Made by a program: the position numbers and the translations under genes. Source: Malacoraja senta (taxonomy: Eukaryota). From it: a DNA stretch of 64,000 nucleotides. The notes beneath the pieces were generated by a model that did no database searches, was not told the DNA's origin, and was given only the letters and a program-made list of their open reading frames with translations. Positions 1-12,814 of this stretch are shown piece by piece (positions within the stretch are counted from its first letter, which is position 1; every line of letters starts with the position of its first letter). Where the stretch lies: positions 5,954,001 through 6,018,000 of the forward strand of contig CM075993.1 in assembly GCA_038087875.1 (NCBI GenBank). The letters run 5' to 3'.

Positions 1-483
1 GGAATCAAGAAAAAACCCAAATAATGGCTTACTGTTGATGAAATGCAGTGAGCAAACGCAATAAATCCCAATATTTTCAATTCCGATATCTGCACGGCCA
101 ATGTTCACCAAGCACTTTAGCTGTTGTTGTCCCTTCAGCTCTCGCTTCTTTTTACCTTCATTTCGCTTCACTTTTGGCATTCTGAAGTTGGGTACATGTC
201 TCTCACGCTTACCCCGACTTCCACAATTTTTACAGCACAAAAATTCAACATTTTGGCAGTTTTTAACAGGTAGGAAAATATGCGTTTCATGTATTAACGA
301 CATATACCGGAAGCTGCAATGTCCTCCAGATGGATTGAGCGGGTCCGTGCGTCAAGCCCTATGACCCTGTGACCTTACGTGCAACCCCCTATATCTTTGC
401 ACTAAATGTTGTGAAGGTTGTCTTTGCACTGTGGATGGATTGATTGTACAGTTCGTTTTAAACTGGAAAGCATGCAAACATAA

Positions 484-785
484 GGGGCGGCATGGTGGCG
501 CAGCGGTAGAGCTGCTGCCTTCCAGTACCAGAGACCTGGGTTCGATCCTGACTATGGGTGCTGTCTGTAAGGAGTTTGTACATTCTCCCCGTGACCTGTA
601 TGGGATTTTTTTCCCAATATCTTCGGTTTCCTCCCACACTGCAAAGACCCACAGGTTTGTAAGTTAATTGGCTTGGTATAAATGTAAAATTGTCCCTAGT
701 GTGCGTGTGTTGGATAGTGGTAACGTGCGGGGATCGCAGGTCGGTGCGGACACGGTGGGCCGAAGGGCCGCTGCATCTCAAAACG
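484..785 (+). mobile_element. tRNA-derived SINE (HE1/V-SINE-like)
   Basis: A box TGGCGCAGCGG, B box GGTTCGATCC, conserved GGGTGCTGTCTGT..GGAGTTTG body, CR1-like 3' end. More than 15 copies in the window. Confidence 0.85.
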
Positions 786-892
786 AAAGTAGAAAAACGA
801 AAAGCTGTATCTCGGTGCACGTGACAATAATAAACAGACAAACATAAGTGGGAAGGAAGTTTCCAAGAAAGGACACGATGGGAGGACAGTAC

Positions 893-1028
893 CAGGAGCT
901 GGAGGGCCCGCTCCGCCAGGTAGCCGCGTTTATGGGGCAGGAGAGCCAGCAGGTGAACGGCGTGTGTCGTCAAGTGATGGAGGACCGCTCTCATGGAGTC
1001 GTTGGGAAGAGCGTCCAAGATTCTCACA
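893..1028 (-). CDS. STRC: STRC coding exon 18 (VRILDALPNDSM...LAERALQLL)
   Basis: gctttcag|T ... CTG|gtactg; 136 nt, phase 2-0. Confidence 0.87.
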
Positions 1029-1304
1029 CTGAAAGCAAAAAGAAATGGGGAGGAGAGAGAATTAATCAGCTGTGGATGGAACGCCCAAGCAGGATCCACA
1101 GCAAACTGGGTGACCACCGAGATCAGATCAAACCCACAACCTCGGGCATTTTCCGATCCCAGGATTAGTGGGTCCACCTCGACCCGAGACACCAGCTCAC
1201 AGATCCGAGCATCCGTGCACAGACTTCACCAACCTAGTGACGCTCTCTCAGCACCACCAAGGAGTGTTGGCCGATTGGAGGCACCATCTGCCAGAACTGG
1301 TCTC

Positions 1305-1813
1305 CGTATACATTTAGAAAAAATCAGGAGTGACATTGTTGAACCCTTGGTTAAATTTGATAGGACTTGGGCAAGATTTATTCAACATTTTCACACAACA
1401 TAAATTGTCCCCTCTCCAACCGTTATAATAATTCTTTTACCTTTATACGGTGGAACGGACTTGATGACAAACAGGGACTTAAATTGTTGACATTTTTTGC
1501 AGCTCAGATTCTGTTTTGCTTTTTTTTTCTAGTTTAGGGGGGTTTTGTTTTTTCCTTTTTTCTCTTTTTTTTCTTTTTCTCTTTTTGTTTTTTTTATATA
1601 AGTTTTCTTTTAAACATTTACCTATATTTACATGGAGACCGGGATATTCATTGTGTATTTTGACACTGGACTCATATTTAGGTTATACCTGTTATTAATG
1701 TAATCCTGATCCCTATGTATCAATATCATTGTTATGTTTATCATTATTCCTTTTGTTGATGTTTTGTTTTTGTTTTTGAAAAAAAACTAATAAAAAGATT
1801 TTAAAAGAAAGAA
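1305..1813 (+). mobile_element. L1-like LINE 3' end (different family)
   Basis: HLEKIR...TWARFI ORF2 end, T-rich UTR, AATAAA plus A-rich tail; flanked by an AGAA(C/T)TGGTCTC duplication. Confidence 0.7.
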
Positions 1814-2666
1814 AGAATTGGTCTCACACTAGGCTGAGCTCCCAACTTCTCGATAGAGTTGGACTAAAAGATCCCATGGACCTATTTTACAGGGAGGCAC
1901 GGGGAGATTTCCGCCCACCAAAGACCCTGGTCGCAATCACTAGTTACATTGTTGTATTATTGATTATGGGAGCCTTCATGTGGGAATTTCCTGCCGAGCG
2001 TCCTCGATCGCAACGGTATCTATACAGTAGCGAAAGAAAGCGGTCAAGGGATATGGGGAGAAGGCAGGAACGGGGTACTGATTGTAGATGATCAGCCATG
2101 ATCACATTGAATGGCAGTGCTGGCTCGAAGGGCCGAATGGCCTACTCCTGCACCTATTGTCTATTGTCTATTGTCAGTAGCGACAAACCACAAAGTCTGA
2201 GTATCTTCAAGGTTGAGAAAGGTGTTGAAGAAATGGATTATTAGCAAATGTTCCTTATTAGTTAGCAACAACATGCTGGAGGAACTCAGCAGGCCCGTCA
2301 ATGGACAGATGATGTTTCGGGTCAGGATCCTTCTTCAGATGCACAACCCGAACTGTTGCCTGCCTACTTCCCTCCACAGATGCTGCTTGACCCACTGAGT
2401 CCCTCAAGCACTTAGTTTTCTTGCTCAAGCTTCCAGTAGCTGCAGTTCCTTCTGCCTCCAATGCATTTCATGCTCGGTTTTCACACCCATGCAGGGTCAC
2501 GCAAGTGTTTTCCTCACTTCGGTTTTGACAGAGGAACATGCCATCTCTCCAGTAGTACTGCCTAACCTGTTGTATATATCCAGCGTTTCATAGTTTTATT
2601 ACTGTTGTTCCCGTTTTTTTTCACTCCCTGGCTGGGGGCAATCATTTTGTAATGACATGGAGACAT

Positions 2667-3212
2667 TGAAACATAGAAACATAGACAATAGGTGCAGGAG
2701 TAGGCCATTCGGCCCTTCGAGCCTGCACCGCCATTCAATATGATCATGGCTGATCATCCAACTCAGTATCCTGTACCTGCCTTCTCTCCATACCCCCTGA
2801 TCCCTTTAGCCACAAGGGTCACATCTAACTCCCTCTTAAATATAGCCAATGAACTGGCCTCAACTACCTTCTGTGGCAGAGAATTCCACAGATTCACCAC
2901 TCTCTGTGTGAAAAATGATTTTCTCATCTCGGTCCTAAAAGACTTCCCCCTTATTCTTAAACTGTGACCGCTTGTTCTGGACTTCCCCAACATCGGGAAC
3001 ATTCTTCCTGCATCTAGCCTGTCCAACCCCTTAAGAATCTTGTAAGTTTCTATAAGATCACCCCTCAATCTTCTAAATTCTAGCGAGTACAAGCCAAGTC
3101 TATCCAGTCTTTCTTCATATGAAAGTCCTGCCATCCCAGGAATCAGTCTGGTGAACCTTCTCTGTACTCCCTCTATGGCAAGAATGTCTTTCCTCAGATT
3201 TGGTGACCAATA
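2667..3212 (-). mobile_element. CR1 LINE 3' fragment
   Basis: ORF IEGVQRRFTRLIPGMAGLSYEERL...RRLRGDLIETYKI; tail repeats. Confidence 0.92.
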
Positions 3213-3257
3213 CTGAGAACCAGAGGGCATGGATTTAAGGTGAGGGGGAAAGATTTA

Positions 3258-3617
3258 AGGGCCTGTCCCACTTTCCCGAGTTATTCACAAATTCTCCTGA
3301 GTTTTCAAACTCGCAAAATGTTCGCAACGAGTCCGTAGGAGGCCGTAGGTGTCCGTGGATATATCGTAGAGGCTCGTAATGCCAGCCGTAGATACTGGGG
3401 GCATCAGGTAAGTCGGGACGTTTTTTCAGCATGATGAAAAATGTCCACGAGTAAAAAAATAGCCCTGAGTACCTACGGCTGGCATAACGAGCCGCTACGA
3501 TATATCCACGGACTCCTACGGACTTGTTACGAACATTCTGCGAGTTTGAAAACTCAGGAGAATTCGTGAATAACTCAGGAGAATTTGCCAATAACTCGGG
3601 AAAGTGGGACAGGCCCT
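3258..3617. mobile_element. PIF/Harbinger-type MITE
   Basis: TIR AGGGCCTGTCCCAC/GTGGGACAGGCCCT; TTA TSD inside a CR1-tail GATTTAATAGGAA site. Confidence 0.85.
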
Positions 3618-5237
3618 TTAATAGGAATCTGAGCGGTAACATTTTCACACAAAGGGTGTGGGTGCATGGAATGAGCTGCCGGAAGTGGTCGTTGAGGCAG
3701 GGACTATCCCAACGTTTAAGAAACAACTGGACAGGTACATGGATGGGACAGGGTTGGAGGGATATGGGCCAAATGCAGGCAGGTGGGACTAGTGTAGATG
3801 GGACATGTTGGTCGGTATGGGAAAGTTGGGCCGAAGGGCCTGTTTCCGCTCTGTACGACTCTATGATATGGATACAGAACCAGAGAAGGAGAAGTCTGAA
3901 GAGGAGTCGCAACCCGAAATGTCACCTCTCCATGTTCTCCTGTAATAATGCTGCCTGACCCGTTGAGTTACTCCAGCACTCTGTCTCTTCCCTAGATGGA
4001 GAATACAGGGCGGGCAATGTGGAAACGCGTGCAAAACTAAAGGGGAAAGCTCATACAATTAAATCATTGCCTTTTGGTTCAACCACAAGACACCGACCCG
4101 AAACATCATCTGTCCTCCATTAGTTTGAAGAAGGGTCCCAACCCAAAATGTCACTTGTCCAAAGATAGACACAAGAAGCTGGAGTAACTCAGTGGGACTG
4201 GGAGCATCTATGGAGAGAAGGAATGGGTGACGTTTTGGATCGAGACACTTCTGTAGACTTCTGTCCATTCACCCCACAGATAGTGCCTGGCCCACTGAGT
4301 TCCTCCAGCACTTTGTGTTTTGCTCAGCATTCTGATGCTCCTGACATATTCGTTGCAAATATAGATGTGTGAAGACAGGACTTGCTATGGGGGTGGGTGA
4401 TTTAAGCTGCTCAACTGATACGAGGTAATGGGTCAGGATGGATGTTTTGCTGCTGCGAACGTCTGCCGTGAGAATGTGAAACAGTCCTTCACAAAGGGCT
4501 ATTGACGTGGTCGACACACACGGAGGGAGGCCGAGACATGGAGGTGGAAGGTTAATGGGTGCAGAGACAAGCCTCGTGACAGCACCCGCTGTGTGTGTGA
4601 CGTGGGAGCAGCACTGGGCTCTGTGCCGGCCCTCCCACAGCACAAAGACACATTCAACACCACCGATAGTCCCAACCCAGCATTTCATCAGGTCATAAGT
4701 ACTACAAGCAGAATTAGGCCATTCGGCCCATCAAGCCTATTCCGTCATTCAATCTATCTCTCCCTCCTAACCCTTTCTCCTGCCGTCTCCCCATAACCCT
4801 TGATACCCGCACTAATCAAGAATCTATCTATCTCTGCCTTAAATATATCCACTGACTTTGCCTCCACAGCCTTCTGTGGCAAAGAATTCCACAGATTCAC
4901 CACCCTCTGTCCAAAGAAATTCCTCCTCATCACCTTCCAAAAAGAACGTCCTTTAATTCTGAGGATATGACCTCTAGTCCTAGACTCTAATACAGTAAAC
5001 CTACATGCTATTTAATCCTTTATTTAATTTTCAATATCAAGAACCTTGTAGTGTACGTCAAGGAACACCCATCCCAAAACATTGGGGTACGCCATGAAGA
5101 AGGGCCTCGGCCCGAAACGTCACCCATTCCTTCTCTCCAGAGATGCTGCCTTTCCCGCTGAGTTACTCCAGCATTTTGTGTCTGCCTTCAATGAATAGCT
5201 ATCAGGAATATTGATGTGCGGCAATGAATGGCTACAG

Positions 5238-5470
5238 CAAGGGTTCCCAACCTGGGGTAAACCTATCCCAGGGGGTACATTTTGCCGACCCAGGGGGTAA
5301 TTTGTTGATTTTGGATTTGTACACATTTTTTCTCATTGACTGACTGTGTTTGGTTCTGGTATACTGGTATCTGTTCATCATTAGTTGTTCATAAATAAGT
5401 GAAATAGCATTGTTTATGTGCTATTAAAGTTGCCGGGGGTAAACGGGACAAAAAAGGTTGGGAACCCCTG
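5238..5470. mobile_element. hAT (Charlie-like) MITE
   Basis: CAAGGGTTCCCAACCT ... AGGTTGGGAACCCCTG; TSD degenerate. Confidence 0.7.
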
Positions 5471-5629
5471 GCCGAAAGGTTGCTGTTCTGTACAGCTATC
5501 CAAACCTTAGTCATGCAGCGGTTTTCCACATTGTGCTGTGCAGCCACAGTGTCTAAACCCTATTGTTAACCTGGAACCTGCAGCCTCCACAACACCAAGG
5601 GAGGAGAAGACAAATCAGGCAGCACTCAC

Positions 5630-5721
5630 GGTAAGTCAGCCACCACCGCTGGGCCCATTTGCAGGATATCCTTCCGGAAGGTTCCAGGCCTACCGCTGAG
5701 CTCCCTGACGATGCACTTACG
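5630..5721 (-). CDS. STRC: STRC coding exon 17 (RKCIVRELSGRPG...VVADLP)
   Basis: ctcttgcag|CGT ... CC|gtgagt; 92 nt, phase 0-2. Confidence 0.83.
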
Positions 5722-6109
5722 CTGCAAGAGATGAAAGGTGGAGCTTGGTTTAGAGCGGTGGGGATAGGTGGTTGTTAGAAAATGCGGGCACTCCTGGCTG
5801 TGGGCTCGAGAGGATAGAGGTCATGTTTAGATTTCAGAGACACAGCATTTTAGATGTTAGAGACACAGGCCTTCGGCCCACCGAGTCCATGCTGACCACC
5901 TGGTCACCCAAGTCCCAATTTCACATCCATTCCCTGTACACTGAAGGCAGTTTACAGAGGACAATTAGCCTACAAACCCGCACGTATTTGGGACGTGCGA
6001 GGAAACTGGAGCACCTGGAGGAAACCCACGTGGTCACAGGGAGAACGTGCAAACTCCACACAGACAGCAAGGTGCACGTTTTTAAATGTATTAACATTAT
6101 TATTATTAT

Positions 6110-8580
6110 TGTTTGTTTTTTAAATTTTTATTTATTAGAAGTACATTACATTACAACCAATTACATTAGTACTCATCACGTATATCTTATTACAATTAAT
6201 GTACTCCGTCATTTTTTACACTGATAAAAAGGAAAGGTTGAGATTAAGAAAAAAGAGAAAGTGAAGGAAAATAGTGAAGGTGTAAAAACGTGACAACAGG
6301 AAAGAACAGAGACCCTGTAGAAAAGAATTAAGAAGAAAGGATTAAGAGATAGACCCTAAAGAAGAAAAAAAAAGAGAAAGAGGAAAAAAGAGAAAAAGAA
6401 ATACTTTGTTATAAGCATCACGCAAATGGGACATACCAACTCTCCAGCTTTCATCCCCCCTTACCTGACCTCAGTTTTTTTTTTAAAGTACTTTTGCACC
6501 CTATACTTGTAATAATTCTATAAATACAGACCACGTCAGGTGGAAGTGATCTGGTTTACCTGCCAGGAGTCTTATCTCTTCTAGGTGTAATGTTTCAAAC
6601 ATATTTGAAATCCACATGTTTATAGTTGTTACTGGAGCGTTTTTCCAGAATTTTAGGATTAACTTTTTTCCAGTTATTAACCCGTAATCTATTATTTCTT
6701 TTGAAACACATTTAGATCAGGCTATCTTCCGTTGTTCCGAAGATAATCCATTCTGCTTTTGGTGTCAGTTTTATTTTAAATAATTTTGTAAAGATTTCAA
6801 AAATTTCAATCCAAATTTTTGTACAAAAAACAAATGAGTGCGCTATAGTAGCTTCTTGAGATTGACATTTATCACAAATGGATGATACATTGGGGAAAAT
6901 TTATTAATTTTAGTTTTTGAATAATATAATCTATGTAAAATGTTTAATTGTATTAAAGTGTGTCTTACATAATCGAACATTTATGCACGTTTAATAAATG
7001 TTCATTCCACCTTTCCTTTGAGATTTTAATAGCTAATTCATGTTCCCAGTCTCTTCTAATACCTTCCGTAGATGGTATTTCTACATTTAAGATAATATTA
7101 TACAAATATGATATGAAGTTTGCTGATTCAGCTTTTATCTGCATTGCTTCATCCAATACATCTGCTGGGATATTATAATGATCTTTTGTATATTTTTTCA
7201 AATAGTCACATATTTGAAAATATTTAAAATATTGATTATTTCCCAGTTTATATTTTATTTGTAATTGTTGGAATGACAGTAATTTTCCAGTTTCATACAA
7301 GTCACCGAACGTTTTAATTCCTAGTCTATCCCATGTATAAAAGATTTGTATGTAATAGAGGGATTAAAAGAAGGGTTATTAACTAGTTGGAGATAAAAGC
7401 GATAGATTTCTTAATTTTAAATTTTGTTTTATTTGTTTCCAAGTTCTGATTGTACTATGTATAATTGGGTTTTTGTTATAATTTATGTTATTCAGTTTCA
7501 TTGGTGAGAGGAGGATCGCTCCAATATTACCAGAAGAGCAGTCCTCTCTCTCCATTACAATCCAGTCCACTTGCTGGGCAGAGTTGTCCATCAGTTGAAT
7601 CATATTTTTAATATTTACTGACCAATAATAATACATGAAGTTAGGGAGTGCTAAGCCCCTAATACTTTAGCTTTGTTCAAGTGTGTTCTTTGTATTCTAT
7701 GGGATTTATAATCCCATATAAAATTAGTAATGTCTGAGTCCAATTTAAAAAAAACTTCTTTGCTAGATATATAGAATCGATTGAAATAGGTATAAAATTT
7801 GTGGTAAGAAGATCATTTTTATTGCATTTATTCGGCCTATTAAAGACATCGGAAGCGTTTTCCAAGATTTAATTAATGTATTTAATTTATTAAGTAGAGG
7901 ATCATAATTTGCTTTGAACATGCCTTGATATGTTCTGGTGATTTCAATACCCAAGTATTTAAATTTTTCTGTAGCTATTTTAAAAGGAATTTTAAAAGAT
8001 GTGTTGAGTCTTTCGGTTTTATTGACATAATTTCACTTTTATTCCAATTTATTCTGTATCCAGAAAAGGATCCAAAGTCCTCAATTAGATTTAGTATGTT
8101 TGGTATAGTAATTGAGGTTTTGTAATGTACAATAATATATCATCCGCATATAAAGATATTTTATTATTTGAGTATTTAGTATTTATAGCCATGGATATCT
8201 GGATGTGTTCTAATTTTTTCTGCTAAAGGTTCAATTATGAGAGCAAACAACTGTGGTGATAATGAGCATCCTTGTCTGTTTCCCCTTGATAGTTGAAATT
8301 TCAAGGATAATATGTTATTAGTTAATATTCTAGCTGTAGGCTTATTATATAATAATTTAATCAATAAAATAAAATTCTCTCCCAGTTGGAATTTTTGTAA
8401 TACTTTATCCATATAATTCCATTCTACTTGGTCAAATGCTTTTTCAGCGTCCAGCGAAGTAATTGATAATTCTTGTTCTTCAATTTTGTGTGAGTGCATT
8501 ATATTGAGTGCATTATATTGAGTGCATTATATCTCATATTATTAGATGAATATCTCTTAGGGATAAACCTTAGGGATTAA
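6110..8580 (-). mobile_element. 5'-truncated, degenerate L1-clade LINE (ORF2 RT and C-terminus plus 3'UTR)
   Basis: Fragmented ORFs with SLDAEKAFDQVEW, GNRQGCSLSP, YADD and LIGRINAIKM; AATAAA and A-rich tail near 6110-6135. Confidence 0.9.
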
Positions 8581-8742
8581 CATTATTTGAGAGGAAACAT
8601 TTCCATCTCTGACTGAACAAACCAACTTCCGTATCTCCTGGTTTGCCTATCATCAAGAGAAGAACAGTGGGACTTTAATTGAATTATTCAGTATGAACAA
8701 TTCATGTCCACATAGACAGGGACAGAGAGACTGTTACTGCCT

Positions 8743-8777
8743 GGGGTCAGGGGTCAGGGGTCAGGGGTCAGGGGTCA
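8743..8777. repeat. (GGGGTCA)5 tandem repeat
   Basis: Five exact 7-mers. Confidence 0.95.
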
Positions 8778-8950
8778 GTGATCACCCACCGGCATTGTCT
8801 AGGCGCCCATTGGTTGAGTTTAGTTTAGTTTAGAGATACAGCGCGGAAACAGACCCTTCAGCCCATCGAGTCCGCGCTGACCAGCGATCACCACATACTA
8901 ACACTATCCTACATACACTAGGGATCATTTATATTTATACCAACAAATTA

Positions 8951-9150
8951 NNNNNNNNNNNNNNNNNNNNNNNNNNNNNNNNNNNNNNNNNNNNNNNNNN
9001 NNNNNNNNNNNNNNNNNNNNNNNNNNNNNNNNNNNNNNNNNNNNNNNNNNNNNNNNNNNNNNNNNNNNNNNNNNNNNNNNNNNNNNNNNNNNNNNNNNNN
9101 NNNNNNNNNNNNNNNNNNNNNNNNNNNNNNNNNNNNNNNNNNNNNNNNNN
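8951..9150. other. Assembly gap (200 N) with a 107-bp duplicated flank
   Basis: 8844-8950 is repeated exactly at 9151-9257. Confidence 0.97.
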
Positions 9151-9310
9151 CGGAAACAGACCCTTCAGCCCATCGAGTCCGCGCTGACCAGCGATCACCA
9201 CATACTAACACTATCCTACATACACTAGGGATCATTTATATTTATACCAACAAATTAACTTACAAACCTGTACGCCTTTGGAGTGTGGGAGGATACCAGA
9301 GATCTAAGCA

Positions 9311-9628
9311 GCATGGGGAGCACAGTGGCAAAGCGGTAGATTTGCTGCCTTATAGCGCTTGCAGTGCCCGAGACCCGGGTTCGATCCCAACTGCAGGTGC
9401 TGTCTGTACGGAGTTTGCACGTTCTCCCCGTGACCTGCGGTGGTTTTCTCCGGGTGCTCCGGATTCCTCCCACACTCCAAAGATGTGCAAGTTTGAAGGT
9501 TAATTGGCTTGGATAAGTGCAAATTGTACCTAGTGTGTGTGTGTTGGATAGTATTAATGCGCGGGATACCTGGTCGGTGAGGACTCGGTGGGCAGAAGGG
9601 CCTGTTTCCGCTCTGTATCTCTAAACTA
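9311..9628 (+). mobile_element. tRNA-derived SINE
   Basis: Same family, CTAAA tail. Confidence 0.85.
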
Positions 9629-10075
9629 ATCTCAGAGAAAAGCCTAGCGGTCATGGGGAGAAAGTACAAACTCCGTACAGACAAGCACCTGCAGTCGGCA
9701 TAGAAGTTATGAATTTGTGGAATTCCCTGCCACAGAGGGCAGTGGAGGCCAAGTCACTGGATGGATTTAAGAGAGAGTTAGATAGAGCTCTAGGGGCTGG
9801 GTGGAGTCAGGGGATATGGGGAGAAGGCAGGCACGGGTAATTGATTGGGGATGATCAGCCATGATCACAATGAATGGCGGTGCTGGCTCGAAGGGCCAAA
9901 TGGCCTCCTCCTGCACCTATTTTCTATGTTTTCTATGTTTCTAACCCCTGGGTCTCTAGCGCTGTAAGGCAGCAACTCTACCACTGCGCCACCGTGTGCT
10001 GTTTATCTCAGTGTTCGTGTGGTGGCCAGAGCCACTGAACCAAGGGCACATTGTTTACCTCCAGGTGCCACATAC

Positions 10076-10199
10076 CAGAGGCTGCCCGATTCCACCGTGC
10101 AGGCCGCTGAGGAACCTGACCCTCGCCAGGAACTCCGACTCGCTGGTCTGCTGGCGGACAGTGTCGCAGTCTGCTCCTCTGGCCACGTTCCCCAGAGAC
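10076..10199 (-). CDS. STRC: STRC coding exon 16 (SLGNVARGADCDTV...GIGQPL)
   Basis: ccccccag|G ... CTG|gtatgt; 124 nt, phase 2-0. Confidence 0.85.
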
Positions 10200-10833
10200 C
10201 TGGGGGGCGGAAAGGAAAGGAAAGCAGAGCCGGCTTAGAGACCCCATTGACAGCGGGCGCTCAGCAAAGCCAACGCAGCAAACGAAAATGTAACTTTGGC
10301 CTTCAGACCAGAAGGGGGCGATGAGGGGCTGTTCAATGGGTCGCCCTCTATACCCCCGAGCTGGTACCCTACACGTCCAAGATGGCGCCCAACGCAAGCG
10401 ACAAGCGCTAGTCGCAGATGTGGATCTGCAATCACGCATTATAATCGCTCCCCTCTTTTAAATCTCTACTCCTTTGTACACTGTGGACGGCTCGATTGTA
10501 ATCATGTATTGTCTTTCCGCTGGCTGGTTGGCACGCAACACAAGATTTTCCTGTACCTCGGTACACATGACAATAAACTAAACTGAACTGAACTGGAAGG
10601 CTCCCAATCCCCACCTCACCAAACCAATGTCCCTGCATAGTACTGAGGGAGTTCTGCACTGTTGAAGATGTCCTCTGTCTGATGAAACCTTCACTTACGA
10701 GAGGCACTGCAGAAAGAATTCTTACTGGTTGCATCATGGCCTGGTACAGCAATTGCAACACAGGAGCGCGTGGGGCTGCAGAGAGCGGTGGACTCGACCC
10801 AGTCCCATCACGAGCACAGCCCTCCTCTCCATC

Positions 10834-11350
10834 GAAAGGACATTCTTTTTATTGAGGGAGTGCAGCGTAGGTTTACAAGGTTAATTCCCGGGATGGCGGG
10901 ACTGTCGTATGCTGAGAGAATGGAGCAGCTGGGCTTGTACACTCTGGAGTTTAGAAGGATGAGAGGGAATCTCATTGAAACATGTAAGATTGTTAAGGCC
11001 TTGGACACACTAGAGGCAGGAAACATGTTCCCGATGTTGGGGGAGTCCAGAACCAGGGGCCACAGTTTAAGAATAAGGACTAAGCCATTTAGAACGGAGA
11101 CGAGGAAACACTTTTTCTCACAGAGAGTGGTGAGTCTGTGGAATTCTCTGCCTCAGAGGGCGGTGGAGGCAGGTTCTCTGGATGCTTTCAAGAGAGAGCT
11201 AGATAGGGCTCTTAAAAATAGCGGAGTCAGGGGATATGGGGAGAAGGCAGGAACGGGGTACTGATTGGGGATGATCAGCCATGATCACATTGAATGGTGG
11301 TGCTGGCTCGAAGGGCCAAATGGCCTACTCCTGCACCTATTGTCTATTGA
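10834..11350 (+). mobile_element. CR1 LINE 3' fragment (young subfamily)
   Basis: EGVQRRFTRLIPG...GYGEKAGTGY, CTATTGT tail. Confidence 0.92.
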
Positions 11351-12159
11351 AAGCATCGACTGCACATAAGGTGCAGCCTCATGAAGATGGCGTCTATCAT
11401 CAAGGGCGCCCACCCATCTCCTTCTCGCTGCTACCATGGGGCAGGAGGTACAGAAGCCCAGACAAGACACACCAGGGAAAGCTCATTTCCTGAAACCATC
11501 AGGTCCTCGAACCAAGCAGATATTTTTACAGTGGAGATTGACAGAATCGTGCTTAGTAATGGCGTCAGGGGTTGTGCGGGGAAGGCAGGAGAATGGGGTT
11601 GACAGGGAAATATAGATCAGCCATGATCAAATGGCAGTGTAGGCCTGATGGGCCGAATGGCCTAATTTTGCTCCTAGAACACTCGTGAACTCTAATCCTA
11701 CCATTGCAACTGAATACTACAGACCACTATTGTGGACTTGTTGTCCCATGGTATTTTGCATTAAGATGGTTTTTTGCAGTTTTTTAAATTCTCTTGTAGT
11801 ACTCGTGTAATCTATGTTTTTAGATGTTGTCCGAGTTTATGTTCCTGAGACGCTGCTGTAAGCAAGATTTTCATCGTACCTGCATCCCACCTTATGGTGA
11901 GGTTTGCCAACTTTCTCACTCCCAAATAAGGGACAAAAGGTCAAAATACGGGACAAATTCCCGACGGCAATTCGTTGACCGACTCGGCCGTGGTTGGGCG
12001 GGTGCTGGACTGCACCCAAAGCCCAGCCGGCGGGCCAGCTGAGGAGTTTTGGCCCTCATGAACCGATGGCCGGCCATGAGAAGGAGGGGTGGTGGTGTCT
12101 GGGAAAACAGCCAACGTTTTAAAAATCCATCTCGGGAACGCGCAGGTATTTCTACTCAC

Positions 12160-12218
12160 AGAAAGGAATCGTTTGTTACATTCGACACTCCCTGAAGCCT
12201 CTTGAAAATAAATTGTGC
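12160..12218 (-). CDS. STRC: STRC coding exon 15 (AQFIFKRLQGVSNVTNDSFL)
   Basis: ctatttcag|GCA ... CT|gtgagt; 59 nt, phase 0-2. Confidence 0.85.
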
Positions 12219-12814
12219 CTGAAATAGAAAGTAACCATATAATGTTACACTGGACTTTGTCCAAACCTGACTCCTCATGTAAATGTTATACACAGCATTA
12301 GACCCTGCAGCTAGCGTTCTCCACGTACACCCCCCAATCTCAAGACTCCAGGAGAGGGAGAGAGTCATGTTGCAGAATTGGTCAGCACAGAAAAAGATCC
12401 ACGCCAACCTTCTTGCCCACCCACGCCAATCCCATTTGCCCACATTGAGGCCATATGCCCCAATGTATTGTGTGTAGGAAGAAACTGCAGATGCTGGCTT
12501 ATACCGAAGATAGATCCAAAATGCTGGAGCAACTCAGCAGGTCAGTCAGCATCTCTGGAGAAGGGTTGAAGAAGGCTCCCAACCCAAAACGTCACCTATT
12601 CCTTTTCTCCAGAAATGCTGGAGTAACTCAGCGGGACAGGCAGCATCTCTCCATTCCTTTTCTCCAGAGATGCTGCCTGACCCTCTGAGTTACCACAGCA
12701 TTTTGTGTCTATCCTCCTTTGCATTGCCTATTTAAGTATTTGCGTAATTCCTCTGACATATAATGGCTAGATTCAGAAACCGATCAATCAGGTCGGTGTA
12801 GAAACAAAGAAGAA

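Noticed and set aside
1..371. Possible right end of a DNA transposon (ends ...CCCTATGACCCTGTG)
   Set aside because: The partner terminus would lie outside the window; no TIR or TSD can be verified.
484..560. tRNA-like sequence with A and B boxes
   Set aside because: SINE head repeated more than 15 times; no intact cloverleaf.
3255..3620. piggyBac or Kolobok (TTAA) assignment for the GGGCCTGTCCCAC MITEs
   Set aside because: Reconstructed pre-insertion sites show a 3-bp TTA/TAA duplication, with the extra A/T belonging to the TIR; termini are not CCY.
6110..8580. Active reverse transcriptase gene
   Set aside because: 5'-truncated, with multiple stops and frameshifts.
11898..12140. Possible hAT-like left end (GAGGTTTGCCAAC with GGGACA repeats)
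   Set aside because: No matching right TIR or TSD found.
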